Of a stretch of 64,000 bases of DNA, positions 52,785-64,000 are shown piece by piece. Source of the stretch: Verrucomicrobiota bacterium (lineage in GTDB: Bacteria; Verrucomicrobiota; Verrucomicrobiia; Limisphaerales; JADJPG01); contig JBJOEZ010000006.1 of NCBI GenBank assembly GCA_046048995.1, forward strand, positions 12,606 to 76,605, written 5' to 3'. Position 1 is the stretch's first letter; every line of letters starts with the position of its first letter. The notes below the pieces were generated by a model. It searched no databases. It was not told the DNA's origin and worked only from the letters and a program-made list of their open reading frames with translations. Made by a program: the position numbers and the translations under genes.

Positions 52785-54170
52785 TCAGGGCGCCACGGGA
52801 GACCCGCCACCCCGATCCACCGGGACCGTCCCCGAGGGCCGGAGGGCGTCCCGGCGCCGGTCCAGCTCTTCCAGCGTGCGCAGGGTCTCATGCACCAGCA
52901 GTCGCGGATTCACGGCCGGGGTGATCTTGGTCTCCAGGGCGGGCTTGGCCCGCTGGCGCAGATATCCCTGCAGCACCTGGCGGTAATTCGCGACCAGCAG
53001 CGCCACCTCCGGCGGGGAGCGCGGCAGCAGCGCCTCCAGACGGGCCACCTTGGCCTCCAGCACGGGCGCCTGCCGCGCAAACTCCCACTCCCCAAGCATC
53101 CGCGGCAACGGGATCGATGTCTGGATGGGAAGGGCGCCGGGCCCGGTCCGCACCTCCACCGCCGTGCCCAGCACCTCCTCCAGCTGGGCCAGCGCCGCCC
53201 CCACCGCCCACTGCGTCCGGACCTCGCGCCCAGCCTGGTGCATCGCCACCAACAGCCACCACTTGTCCACGTCGAGGAGTCGCGGAAAATCAGCGGCGTA
53301 AGCGCCCAGGAAGGCCGTCTGCCAGTTGAGGTGCCGCGGCAGCCGCACCAGGAGGTCCCGCAGCTTGTCCGGCCCGCCCCGCAGCCGCAGCAGCTCATGG
53401 ACAAACAGCTGCGCCGCCGCCGCATAATGCGCCGGGTCCACCCCGCCCGTGCCCGGGTGACTCAGCTGGTCGAAGTTGAGCACGCCTCGTTCCCGCAGGA
53501 CTTCGCGGACCCGGCGCAACGGGTCCGGCCGGGCCGCATTTCCCACCATGGCCGTCCCGGGCTCCAGGGCCAGCCCGGCCAGCGCCGTGGCCTCCAGCTG
53601 CGCCGCCAGGCCATCCGCCAGCCAGGGCGGCAGCTCCACCTCGCGCGCCAGCGCCGTGCGATGGGCAAACTCCAGCAGGAGAACCGTCACCACTGTCCGA
53701 ATGAAACGCGGCTTGTCCACCACTTCGGGCATCTCCACCCGGTAACCCCAGCCGTTGGCGAACTTCACCGAGGTGACGGTCACCATGGGGTCATCCGTCA
53801 CCACCGGAAAGGTCTGCACGTTGATGGGCCCCTTCCAGCCCTCCGTCAGCCCCAGCTCGGATCCGAGGGCGTGCCGGATGCGTTCGAGGGAAACGGCGGT
53901 GAGGGTGGGATCCAGGCGCAGGTAACTGACCTCCGAGGTTCCTCGTCCGCCCACCGGCGGACCCAGCGGAAGCCCGCGCACCGTGAATTGCCCCGACGTG
54001 CTGCGCACGGTGACCGGTTCCTGTCCGCCCAAGGGGGCGGGCGCGGCCACGACCGGGCAGGGCTGGCCGACCCCCGTCACGAGAAGCAGGAGCAGGCCAG
54101 CGGGGATCCATGGCCCTCCCTGCCACCAGCGGAGAAGAAAGGCGGGCCGGGAACCCTGCGGAAAGGTCAT
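52785..54170 (-). CDS. Hypothetical membrane-anchored/secreted protein (461 aa)
   Basis: The reading frame is coherent and has an N-terminal hydrophobic segment (WIPAGLLLLLVTGVG). I recognise no family. The start at 54170 was chosen because the track extension to 54392 overlaps the zinc-ribbon gene. Confidence 0.55.
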   Translation of the reverse strand: MTFPQGSRPAFLLRWWQGGPWIPAGLLLLLVTGVGQPCPVVAAPAPLGGQEPVTVRSTSGQFTVRGLPLGPPVGGRGTSEVSYLRLDPTLTAVSLERIRHALGSELGLTEGWKGPINVQTFPVVTDDPMVTVTSVKFANGWGYRVEMPEVVDKPRFIRTVVTVLLLEFAHRTALAREVELPPWLADGLAAQLEATALAGLALEPGTAMVGNAARPDPLRRVREVLRERGVLNFDQLSHPGTGGVDPAHYAAAAQLFVHELLRLRGGPDKLRDLLVRLPRHLNWQTAFLGAYAADFPRLLDVDKWWLLVAMHQAGREVRTQWAVGAALAQLEEVLGTAVEVRTGPGALPIQTSIPLPRMLGEWEFARQAPVLEAKVARLEALLPRSPPEVALLVANYRQVLQGYLRQRAKPALETKITPAVNPRLLVHETLRTLEELDRRRDALRPSGTVPVDRGGGSPVAP

Positions 54171-54184
54171 GGCAGGCCGGGGAC

Positions 54185-54505
54185 CTACTTGTCGCCGCCC
54201 TTGGCCGGTTTGGGCGCCGGTTTCTTTTCCCCGCCGGAGGAGGCCGAGCCGCCGCCACTGCCGCCGCCGGCGTCCTTCTTGGCGGCGGCCTTGTAGCTCT
54301 CGCTGCGGTAATCCGTGATGTAGAACCCGGAGCCCTTGAAGATGAGGCCACTTCCGGCGCTGAGGAGTCGTTTGACCTTCCCCTTGCCCCATTTTTTGAG
54401 GCCGCAGACCTCGGCGGGGCAGACGGTCAAGGGCTGGTCATTCATGGATTGGAACTTTTCAAATTCCTTTCCGCACTTCTGACAGAGGTATTCGTAGGTG
54501 GGCAT
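54185..54505 (-). CDS. FmdB-family zinc-ribbon protein (CxxC_CxxC_SSSS type) with Gly/Lys-rich tail
   Basis: MPTYEYLCQKCGKEFE...VCPAEVCG has the canonical MPxYEYxCxxCG start and a second Cys pair. The low-complexity tail is GGGSGGGSASSGGEKKPAPKPAKGGDK. Confidence 0.8.
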   Translation of the reverse strand: MPTYEYLCQKCGKEFEKFQSMNDQPLTVCPAEVCGLKKWGKGKVKRLLSAGSGLIFKGSGFYITDYRSESYKAAAKKDAGGGSGGGSASSGGEKKPAPKPAKGGDK

Positions 54506-54618
54506 AGGTCGCTGGGCGCAGCAGGGCCGGCATTGTAGGGAGCCGGGCGCGATCTGCAAGGGGTGCGGACGCCCGTTCGCTGGCGCTGGAGGGCGCCGCC
54601 TGCTAGCGTGCGAGCCGC

Positions 54619-56205
54619 ATGCCCGACCAGCCCGTCCCTGCCGCCCCCGACCCCGGTGACGCCCGCGCCGCCGAACGGCTGCGTGCCGTGGAACGGCTGC
54701 GGGCGGCCGCGGAGATTCTGGAGCAGGCGGCTGCGGACCGGGCCTTGTTGGCCGCCCTCGGCGTGGAGGAGCGCGCGCGGCTGCTCAAGGCGGCCGGCGA
54801 TGTGTATTGCCCGGACGTGACGGCGCGGCGGCGCCTGGTCAAGGCCACCATCCGCCAGCGCAAGGCCGACCGGCGCGAGCAGAACCAGTCCGCCCTGAAC
54901 GACACCGGCATCCGGGCCCTGCGCCGCCAGAAGGTCTTCACCACGCCGAACGTGTTCCCACCGGAGGGATTCGTGCAGCAGGAGCATCCCGAGGCGGAGT
55001 TCCGCGAGCTGGTGGAGCCACAGAACTGCTACATCTGCAAGCAGGACTACCGCGCCCTGCACGCCTTCTACGACCAGCTCTGCCCTGCCTGCGCCGAGTT
55101 CAATTTCCGCAAACGCACCGAGCTGGCCGACCTGCGGGGCCGCGTCGCCCTCCTCACCGGCGGCCGCGTCAAAATCGGCTACCAAGCCGGCCTCAAGCTC
55201 CTCCGGTGCGGCGCCCATCTCATCGTCACCACCCGCTTCCCCCGCGATTCCGCCCTCCGCTACGCGGCCGAACCCGATTTCGCCCAGTGGCAGGACCGCC
55301 TCGAAATCTTCGGCCTCGACCTCCGCCACACCCCCAGCGTCGAGGCCTTCTGCCGCCACCTCATCGAAACCCGTTCCAGGCTGGACTTTATCATTAATAA
55401 TGCCTGCCAAACGGTGCGGAGACCCCCGGATTTCTATCGGCACATGATGGATCGGGAGACGGCCTCGGTGCAGTCCATGCCGGATTCGGCGCGGCGGTTG
55501 GTGGGAGCGTATGAGGGGTTGCGGGGGTATCACCTGTTGCCGGAGGGCCGGGAGGCGGGGATGCCGGCGCGGCTGGAGGAGTTGTCGGGGCTGAGCGGGT
55601 TGACCCATGCGGCGGCCTTGTCGCAGGTGCCGTTGTTGCCCGGGGAGCTGGACGCGCAACGGGATTTGTTCCCGGAAGGCCGCTTGGACCAGGACCTCCA
55701 GCAGGTGGATCTGCGCGACCGGAACTCCTGGCGGCTGACCTTGGCGGAAGTGCCCTCGGTGGAGTTGCTGGAGGTGCAGTTGGTCAACGCCATTGCCCCT
55801 TTCCTCCTGAATGCCCGGCTGAAGCCCCTGCTCCTGCGGGTGCCGTCCCGGGACAAGCACGTGGTCAATGTGTCCGCCGTGGAGGGACAGTTCTATCGGA
55901 AGTTCAAGACCACGCGGCATCCCCACACCAACATGGCCAAGGCCGCGCTCAACATGATGACCCGCACGTCGGCGGCCGACTACCATGCCGACGGCATCCA
56001 CATGAACAGCGTGGACACCGGGTGGGTGACGGACGAGGACCCGGTGGCCATCGCCGCCCGCAAGCAGGAGGAACACCGCTTTCATCCCCCGCTCGACATT
56101 GTCGATGGCGCGGCCCGGATCGTGGACCCCATCATCGCCGGGTTCAACACGGGGGAGCATGTCTGGGGGCAGTTCCTCAAGGACTACAAACCCGCGGACT
56201 GGTGA
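54619..56205 (+). CDS. Atypical short-chain dehydrogenase/reductase with ~170-aa N-terminal extension carrying a CxxC-x14-CxxC element
   Basis: The Rossmann motif is ALLTGGRVKIGYQ, with the NNAC block in IINNACQ and NVSAVEG. The position of YxxxK reads TNMAK. CYIC...CPAC lies at nt 55027-55092. Confidence 0.7.
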   Translation: MPDQPVPAAPDPGDARAAERLRAVERLRAAAEILEQAAADRALLAALGVEERARLLKAAGDVYCPDVTARRRLVKATIRQRKADRREQNQSALNDTGIRALRRQKVFTTPNVFPPEGFVQQEHPEAEFRELVEPQNCYICKQDYRALHAFYDQLCPACAEFNFRKRTELADLRGRVALLTGGRVKIGYQAGLKLLRCGAHLIVTTRFPRDSALRYAAEPDFAQWQDRLEIFGLDLRHTPSVEAFCRHLIETRSRLDFIINNACQTVRRPPDFYRHMMDRETASVQSMPDSARRLVGAYEGLRGYHLLPEGREAGMPARLEELSGLSGLTHAAALSQVPLLPGELDAQRDLFPEGRLDQDLQQVDLRDRNSWRLTLAEVPSVELLEVQLVNAIAPFLLNARLKPLLLRVPSRDKHVVNVSAVEGQFYRKFKTTRHPHTNMAKAALNMMTRTSAADYHADGIHMNSVDTGWVTDEDPVAIAARKQEEHRFHPPLDIVDGAARIVDPIIAGFNTGEHVWGQFLKDYKPADW

Positions 56206-56265
56206 AACGGGCCGGGGGGCAAAACCGGCTTGACCCCCGGGGGCGGTGTGGTTGCATCAGCGCCT

Positions 56266-56655
56266 ATGAATTTGAAGTGGTTTTCCTCCCTGGCGCTTGC
56301 CTCCCTCACCCTCCTGGTCACCGGCTGTGTTGAGACCGTCGATGGACGGCACCGGGCCGGCCTGCCGTTCCAGCGCGACCGGATTGAGGGCCGCTACGAG
56401 CGGCCGGCGGCCGACGTGATGGCCGCGGCCCGCGAGGTGCTCCGCCAGCAGGGCAACCTGACCAGCGAGGACAACGTGCGGAGCTCAATGCAGGGCGTGG
56501 TCGAGAAGGCCAACGTCTGGATCGCCGTCGAGGCCATCGACAAGGGCGTCACCCGCGTCATCGTGCAGGCCCGCAAGAACGGCGTCGCCGACGTCGAACT
56601 GGCCGCCCACCTGGAGAAGGCCATCGCCGTCCGCCTCGCCAGCGGCACCCGGTAA
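56266..56655 (+). CDS. Small lipoprotein (DUF3568-like)
   Basis: The signal peptide with lipobox is [21 protein letters not shown]. The family name is from recollection only. Confidence 0.65.
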   Translation: MNLKWFSSLALASLTLLVTGCVETVDGRHRAGLPFQRDRIEGRYERPAADVMAAAREVLRQQGNLTSEDNVRSSMQGVVEKANVWIAVEAIDKGVTRVIVQARKNGVADVELAAHLEKAIAVRLASGTR

Positions 56656-56719
56656 CCGACGGCCCCGCCTCATCCGGCCCCACCCCAAAGTCCGCACCCT
56701 CCATCCCGCATTTCCATCC

Positions 56720-58084
<1,365 letters not shown>

Positions 58085-58136
58085 GGGGCCCAGCCCCAGC
58101 CCGCCCTCCTGCCGATCCGGGAACCCGGCCTGCGGC

Positions 58137-59465
58137 CTAGTTCCCGGCGGGAGCCAAGGCCGCCCGCGGCCCGTTCCCGCCCTTGCCCCCGGTGCCAATG
58201 CACCACAGGTGCTGGTAGGTGCGGATGAAGATCTCCCCGCGGGACGGGGCCACGGAGGCATTGCACATCTCGTTGCCCAACCCATTGGCCGCCAGCACCT
58301 CAAAGGTCGGGCTGGCCTTGAGCACAATGCAGTCGGCGCTCTGGTTGAGGATATAGATCCGGTCCCCGGCCAGCACCATCGAGGACCAGCTGTCCCCCTT
58401 CGGCCCCGGCCCGCGCAGCCGCTCGCTCCACACCTTTTCCCCGGTGGCCAGGCGATGGCAATGGGCGATGCCGTCCATGCTCATGAAATAATAGTGCCCG
58501 TCATGGATGACCCCCGAACCGATGCCGCCCTTGGCCCGCACCTGATGCCACAGCCGGGCGCCCGTGACATCGCCGCTGCCCCCGGTCCGGACCGCCAGGC
58601 TGTTCCCAAAGTAACCGCCCATGGCCACGACGATGCCCTCCGCATGGATCGGCGACGTGTAGACCAGCGGATTGAGGCCCCCGCAATGCCAGAGCGCCCG
58701 GCCGGTGGCGGGGTCCAGTGCCTGGAGCACGCCGGGAAAACTCATGATCAATTCCTCCCGTGTCCCGGCCTTCACCAGGACCGGGGTGCTGTAGGTGCAG
58801 ACAATCCCTGGCTCCTTGCCGCGAAACCCGTCCGTGCGCCCGCGCACGTCCACCGGCGGTTCCTCAAACTTCCACACCGTCTTGCCCGTGCGCCGATCGA
58901 GCGCCAGCAGGTGCGAACCCGCCCCGGGACCGAAATACAGGATGGCCAGGTTGCCGTGCAGCACCGGCGAGGTGGCGTTGCCCCAGTCAAACTTCTGCGG
59001 GCCCAGGTCGCGCCGCCAGAGCTCATTGCCCTCCATGTCATAGCAAAACACCCCGGCCGACCCATGGCAGACAATCACCCGCTCGCCATCCGTCGCCGGC
59101 GAGCCCGAGCAATACGGGTTGTCCGGATGGGTCTGTTCCTTGGCCTCATACGCCACCCCTTTCTGCCACAGAATCCGTCCATCCTGCCGCGACAGGCACA
59201 TCAACGTGCGACGCCGTTCCTTCTCCAGCGCCTGCGGGACAAACACCCGGTCCCCCCAGATCACCGGCGTGGCGTTGCCCCGATCCGGCAGCGCCACCTT
59301 CCAGCGCACATTCTCCGTCGGGCTCCAGCGCACGGGCAATTGGCGATCCGTCGTGATTCCCTGCCCGTCAGGACCCCGCCAGGCCGGCCAGTCGGCCCGC
59401 ACCGGCACAGGGGTGAACACAAGGGCCCCCAGCAGGAGGCAAACCAGCGGCATCCGGGTCTTCAT
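58137..59465 (-). CDS. PQQ-like (BamB-type) beta-propeller repeat protein, secreted; paralog of 30090-31469
   Basis: The signal peptide and N-terminus are MKTRMPLVCLLLGALVFTPVPVRADWPAWRGP. Blade motifs are GRILWQKG, GNELWRRD, GKTVWKF, GRALWHCG and GEKVWSE. Confidence 0.85.
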   Translation of the reverse strand: MKTRMPLVCLLLGALVFTPVPVRADWPAWRGPDGQGITTDRQLPVRWSPTENVRWKVALPDRGNATPVIWGDRVFVPQALEKERRRTLMCLSRQDGRILWQKGVAYEAKEQTHPDNPYCSGSPATDGERVIVCHGSAGVFCYDMEGNELWRRDLGPQKFDWGNATSPVLHGNLAILYFGPGAGSHLLALDRRTGKTVWKFEEPPVDVRGRTDGFRGKEPGIVCTYSTPVLVKAGTREELIMSFPGVLQALDPATGRALWHCGGLNPLVYTSPIHAEGIVVAMGGYFGNSLAVRTGGSGDVTGARLWHQVRAKGGIGSGVIHDGHYYFMSMDGIAHCHRLATGEKVWSERLRGPGPKGDSWSSMVLAGDRIYILNQSADCIVLKASPTFEVLAANGLGNEMCNASVAPSRGEIFIRTYQHLWCIGTGGKGGNGPRAALAPAGN

Positions 59466-59664
59466 GGGCGCGAAGCATAGGCGGTCGCCCACCCCCGCTC
59501 AACCCCCCGCTCAACCCGCCCGTCTCCCCCGTCATTTGCATGTCCCACAATCGTTGGTTTCCTGTCACCGTCCTGTCACAGGACCCGGCGATGGTCTTCC
59601 CGGGCACCGGCCGGGGCAGGCATGCACCGGTCGGCCACCCGAACACTGAACACTGACCTGACGT

Positions 59665-60168
59665 ATGACTGCCCGCGTTGAAATCCCCGGCGCCGCCGGA
59701 CGGTTCACCCTCCCGTGGAACCTGTCGGAGTGGACGCCCAAGGACCAGCTCCTGGCCTGGGTCCGGGAAGAGATTGCCACCCTGCACTGGGACAATCCCG
59801 AGCTGGTGGCGATCCTGAAATCACGCCCTTCCTGGCAGCCGCGCGTCCATCTCTCGCTGCTGGTCTACGCCTACTCAATCGGCACCTGCGACGCGCAGGA
59901 TGCGGCCGACCTTTTTCATGTGGATCCGCATGTCCGGGCCGCCTTCCCGGGCGCGGTCCCGGCCGCCAAGTCGCTGATCCGGTTCCGCATCGAGAACCAG
60001 GGCCTGATTCGCTGGGGCCTCGAGCAGGTTTTCAAGCGCGTGCTCCGGGCCCGGTTCGAGCTCGGCGACGGCCTCATCCCGCCCGGCCTCAAGCGGATCC
60101 TGCGCGATTCCGCCGCCACCCGCCTCGACGCCGCCCGCCAGCTCGACCGCTGCCTGCACGACGAGTGA
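59665..60168 (+). CDS. Hypothetical protein resembling a stand-alone IS1182/IS5-type transposase N-terminal (DUF772-like) domain
   Basis: LSLLVYAYSIGTCDAQDAADLFHVDPHVRAAFPGAVPAAKSLIRFRIENQGLI resembles the LLxYxYxxGxxSSRxIe...FR pattern of that domain. No DDE catalytic domain and no flanking inverted repeats are seen. Confidence 0.45.
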   Translation: MTARVEIPGAAGRFTLPWNLSEWTPKDQLLAWVREEIATLHWDNPELVAILKSRPSWQPRVHLSLLVYAYSIGTCDAQDAADLFHVDPHVRAAFPGAVPAAKSLIRFRIENQGLIRWGLEQVFKRVLRARFELGDGLIPPGLKRILRDSAATRLDAARQLDRCLHDE

Positions 60169-60190
60169 CGGGGCGAACCCGGGGTGCCCC

Positions 60191-61363
<1,173 letters not shown>

Positions 61364-61414
61364 GGGCCGGCATGATTCCCGGGCGGCCCGGCCGAGGCAA
61401 GGACGGCGGGTGGC

Positions 61415-62269
61415 TCAGGCCCGCCGGGACCGGCGCCGGGACGCGCGCGGGGAGGGATGCCGGCGCACCGGCCACACCCGGCAGACCGGACGGGGCAGGC
61501 GTTCCCAATCCCGACCCGGCGGCTGCGGGTCCACGGCATAGACCCGCGCGTCGTCCCGCGCCCGGCGAAACTCATGCAACGGAATCGCCGCGCCGGCGTC
61601 CACGCCCGGCGCCGTCCAGCGCGGGCGCACCGCCCGCCAGGTGCCCCGGTCCTTCGCACCCTTCTGACGCCACTCACCCGTCATCACCCCGTCCCGGAGG
61701 CGCCCGGTCAGCTCGTAGAAATCGTCGTTGTTCTCCACGGTGAACACGATGCGGTCCCGGCTGAAGGTGCCACCCCGGATGAAGGCCACCTGATGTCCGG
61801 TTTCCTCGTCAAACCGGCCGGCCAAATCGCGGCCTTCCGGGGCGAACTCCCAGACGAGGAAGTTCTCCTCCCCGTCGCGCAGGGCGGTGCATTCCCAGCG
61901 GCCGGCGATGCGGGCGGCATCCGGCTCGTCGGCGGGCGGCAGCGCGAGGAAGAGCGGCTGCACCAGGTGTTCCTGGCCGCGGGGGGGGCGCCGACGCAGC
62001 GTGAATCGACCATCCCGTTCCTGCCCGTAGACCGGCACCCAGCCGGGCCACCAGTTGGTCGCAGGCAGGGCCAGGAAGAGGGGCCCCTCCACCTCCCCGG
62101 AGGCGGGCGGCGCCGCGTCGTGCCGGCCAAGCACCAGGCGCTGGCGGCCCGCCTCGCCGCGCAGGCGCAGCACCGGCTCCAGCGCGGAGACCGCCGTGAG
62201 CCCGGCGGCGAGCAAGGCGGGAACCAACAGCCAGCGGAACACCCGGGACGCGAAGGGCGAAAGTCTCAT
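61415..62269 (-). CDS. Hypothetical secreted protein (284 aa)
   Basis: The signal-like N-terminus is MRLSPFASRVFRWLLVPALLAAGLTAVSA. I recognise no family. It sits between the DUF1501 and oxidoreductase genes on the same strand. Confidence 0.55.
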   Translation of the reverse strand: MRLSPFASRVFRWLLVPALLAAGLTAVSALEPVLRLRGEAGRQRLVLGRHDAAPPASGEVEGPLFLALPATNWWPGWVPVYGQERDGRFTLRRRPPRGQEHLVQPLFLALPPADEPDAARIAGRWECTALRDGEENFLVWEFAPEGRDLAGRFDEETGHQVAFIRGGTFSRDRIVFTVENNDDFYELTGRLRDGVMTGEWRQKGAKDRGTWRAVRPRWTAPGVDAGAAIPLHEFRRARDDARVYAVDPQPPGRDWERLPRPVCRVWPVRRHPSPRASRRRSRRA

Positions 62270-62276
62270 GCTGTCC

Positions 62277-63752
62277 TCAGCCTAGCAGACCGGGCACCAC
62301 CCGGCCCCCCTGTCGATCCGTCAGGCTCAGGTCAACGCCGTTGCGCTTGTAGATCAGGCGCTCATGGTCAAGCCCGAAGAGGTGGAGGAGCGTCGCGTGA
62401 TAATCGTAGTGGTGCACCACGTCCTTCACCGCGTGGTGGCCGAACTCGTCGGTCTCGCCATGCACATGGCCGGCCCGGAAACCGCCGCCCGCCATCCATT
62501 GGCTGAACCCGTAGGTGTTGTGATCCCGGCCCCACTTGGCCCGGCCCGCATCATTCTGCAGCACGGGCAGCCGCCCCATCTCCCCGCCCCAATGCACCAC
62601 CGTGCTGTCCAGCAGGCCGCGCTGTTTCAGGTCCAGCACGAGCGCCGCACAGGGCTGGTCCACGGCCCGGCAGGAGGCGGGCAGGCCGGTGATGAGGGAC
62701 CCGTGATGATCCCAGCTCTGGCCCTGGTTGAGCACCTGCACGAAACGCACCCCCCGCTCCACCAACCGCCGCGCGATCAGGCAGCGCGTGCCGTAATCGC
62801 GGGTGGCGTCCTGGTCCAGCCCGTAGAGCTGCCGGATGGAGGGCGGCTCGCCGGAGAGATCGAGCGCCTCGCGGGCCGCCGTCTGCATGCGGGCGGCCAG
62901 CTCATAGCTGGCGATGCGCGCCTCCAGGTCCAGCTCGCCTGGATGCTGCGCGGCGTGATCCCGGTTGAGCTCCCGCAGGAAGGCCTGCTGCCGTTCCTGG
63001 GGCCGGCCCGCCAGGTGGGGAGGCGGATCCAAATTCAGCAGGTGGGGCGCCTTGGGCCGGAAGAGGGTGCCCTGGTAAACGGCCGGCAACCAGCCGCTGG
63101 TCCAGTTCTCATGCGCCAGGAGCGGCTGCCCATGCGGGCTCATCAGCGCCACGTAGGACGGCAGATCCTGGGTCTCGCTGCCCAGACCGTAGCCGAGCCA
63201 GCTGCCCAGGGCGGGCCGTCCCGCCGTGATTCGGCCGGTGTTGAGCGCATGGAGGGACTGGCCGTGGTTGTTGACCCCGGTCCGCATCGAGCGGATGAGG
63301 CAGAGCTCGTCCGCCACCCGGCCCAGCCACGGCAGGAGCTCGCTCAGTTCCATGCCGCACTGGCCGTGGCGGGAAAACCGGAAGGGACTGGCGAACACCT
63401 TCGAGGACGCCTCCGCCGCGTTGTCATACTTGATCTCGCCGGGAAAAGGCTGGCCGTCGTAGCGGGCCAGGATCGGCTTGGGATCAAACAGGTCCATCTG
63501 GCTGGGGCCGCCGATCATCAGGAGCGAGATCATGGCCCGGGCGCGGGGGGTATGATGGGGCGCCTTGGGCGTCAGGTCATGGGTCGCCGGCCCGAGATGC
63601 GGCTTGACCGGCGCCGCGAGGAGGCCGTCCTCGCGCAGGAGCGAGGCGAGGGCGAGGCTGCCGAGGCCGAAGGATGACGCGCCGAGGAAATGGCGGCGGG
63701 AACAAACCCCGGGCAGGGCGCCGCGGGCGGCAACGGGAGGATCACTGGACAT
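62277..63752 (-). CDS. DUF1501 (sulfatase-like, Tat-exported) protein
   Basis: The Tat motif is SRRHFLGASSFGLGSLA. Blocks include MIGGPSQMDLFDPKP, SWDHH, VVHWGGEMGRLP and GRDHN. Confidence 0.88.
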   Translation of the reverse strand: MSSDPPVAARGALPGVCSRRHFLGASSFGLGSLALASLLREDGLLAAPVKPHLGPATHDLTPKAPHHTPRARAMISLLMIGGPSQMDLFDPKPILARYDGQPFPGEIKYDNAAEASSKVFASPFRFSRHGQCGMELSELLPWLGRVADELCLIRSMRTGVNNHGQSLHALNTGRITAGRPALGSWLGYGLGSETQDLPSYVALMSPHGQPLLAHENWTSGWLPAVYQGTLFRPKAPHLLNLDPPPHLAGRPQERQQAFLRELNRDHAAQHPGELDLEARIASYELAARMQTAAREALDLSGEPPSIRQLYGLDQDATRDYGTRCLIARRLVERGVRFVQVLNQGQSWDHHGSLITGLPASCRAVDQPCAALVLDLKQRGLLDSTVVHWGGEMGRLPVLQNDAGRAKWGRDHNTYGFSQWMAGGGFRAGHVHGETDEFGHHAVKDVVHHYDYHATLLHLFGLDHERLIYKRNGVDLSLTDRQGGRVVPGLLG

Positions 63753-64000
63753 AAAGAAACCGGTTCGCGCTCATCAACACCTGGCAAAGGCTGGCCAGGG
63801 CCCGCAGGGAATCATCCGGCGGGGCGGGCTTGTCCTTCTCCTTCCCGGGACCCGCAGCTTCCAGGGTGGCGGCCCGGGCGCGGATGGCCTCGCCCTGCTC
63901 CGCGACGTGGACGAGGGCCCGCTCGAGCTCGGCGGGGGACGGGGCGGCCCCGTGGAGCAGGCGCCAGGCGAGGGTGAGCTGGGCGCGCAGGTCGCCGGGG
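63742..64000 (-). CDS. C-terminal end of a DUF1553-type (PSD/PSCyt-associated) protein; N-terminus beyond the window
   Basis: The reverse frame ends ...LRALASLCQVLMSANRFLYVQ*, the typical DUF1553 C-terminus (NEFLYV-like). The stop at 63742-63744 overlaps the DUF1501 start (63752) by 11 nt, the usual arrangement of this gene pair. Confidence 0.75.
   Translation of the reverse strand, partial: PGDLRAQLTLAWRLLHGAAPSPAELERALVHVAEQGEAIRARAATLEAAGPGKEKDKPAPPDDSLRALASLCQVLMSANRFLYVQ

Noticed and set aside
59665-60168. A possible insertion sequence
   Set aside because: Only an N-terminal transposase-like domain is present. There is no DDE catalytic domain, no terminal inverted repeats and no target-site duplication that I can see. 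I do not call it a mobile element.
63742-63752. The 11-nt overlap between the DUF1553 stop and the DUF1501 start
   Set aside because: It is the typical tight coupling of this very common PVC gene pair and is not novel.

Overview
No BLAST or HMM search was possible, so every family assignment rests on motifs I could read and should be confirmed. The window is a very GC-rich bacterial chromosomal segment (GC judged by eye, not computed).

Gene content suggests the PVC superphylum, probably Verrucomicrobiota (inference). The evidence is two C-x-P-x-R sulfatases, an overlapping DUF1553/DUF1501 pair, two PQQ-like beta-propellers, a fused lpxC-fabZ plus lpxA, and multi-kb secreted PA14, LTD/CotH, LamG/Ig, BNR and HYR proteins.

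I call 41 protein-coding genes, two of them cut by the window edges. I see no rRNA, tRNA, CRISPR array or intact mobile element. Coding strands were chosen by recognisable motifs. The many very long ORFs on the opposite strand (up to 2432 aa) are stop-poor antisense artefacts of high GC.

The most interesting locus is 5849-15874. A CarH/LitR-type B12 photoreceptor regulator is divergent from a sigma-70 gene. That sigma gene heads a translationally coupled five-gene carotenoid-acid glycoside-ester operon (three ATGA overlaps). The two genes are separated by the only AT-rich island in the window, which holds a TTGACA-N17-CATTAT promoter overlaid by 11-bp direct repeats.

Other points worth a second look:
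- A structured ~63-bp repeat occurs as 4 tandem copies plus a solo copy carrying a compensatory stem change. The solo copy appears to have removed the 5' end of an SRPBCC gene.
- Five giant secreted proteins share a C-terminal module ending R/Q-[FY]-[FY]-R-[LV].
- A small secreted protein is built from an internal ~90-aa duplication.
- There are several unusual fusions and gene neighbourhoods.
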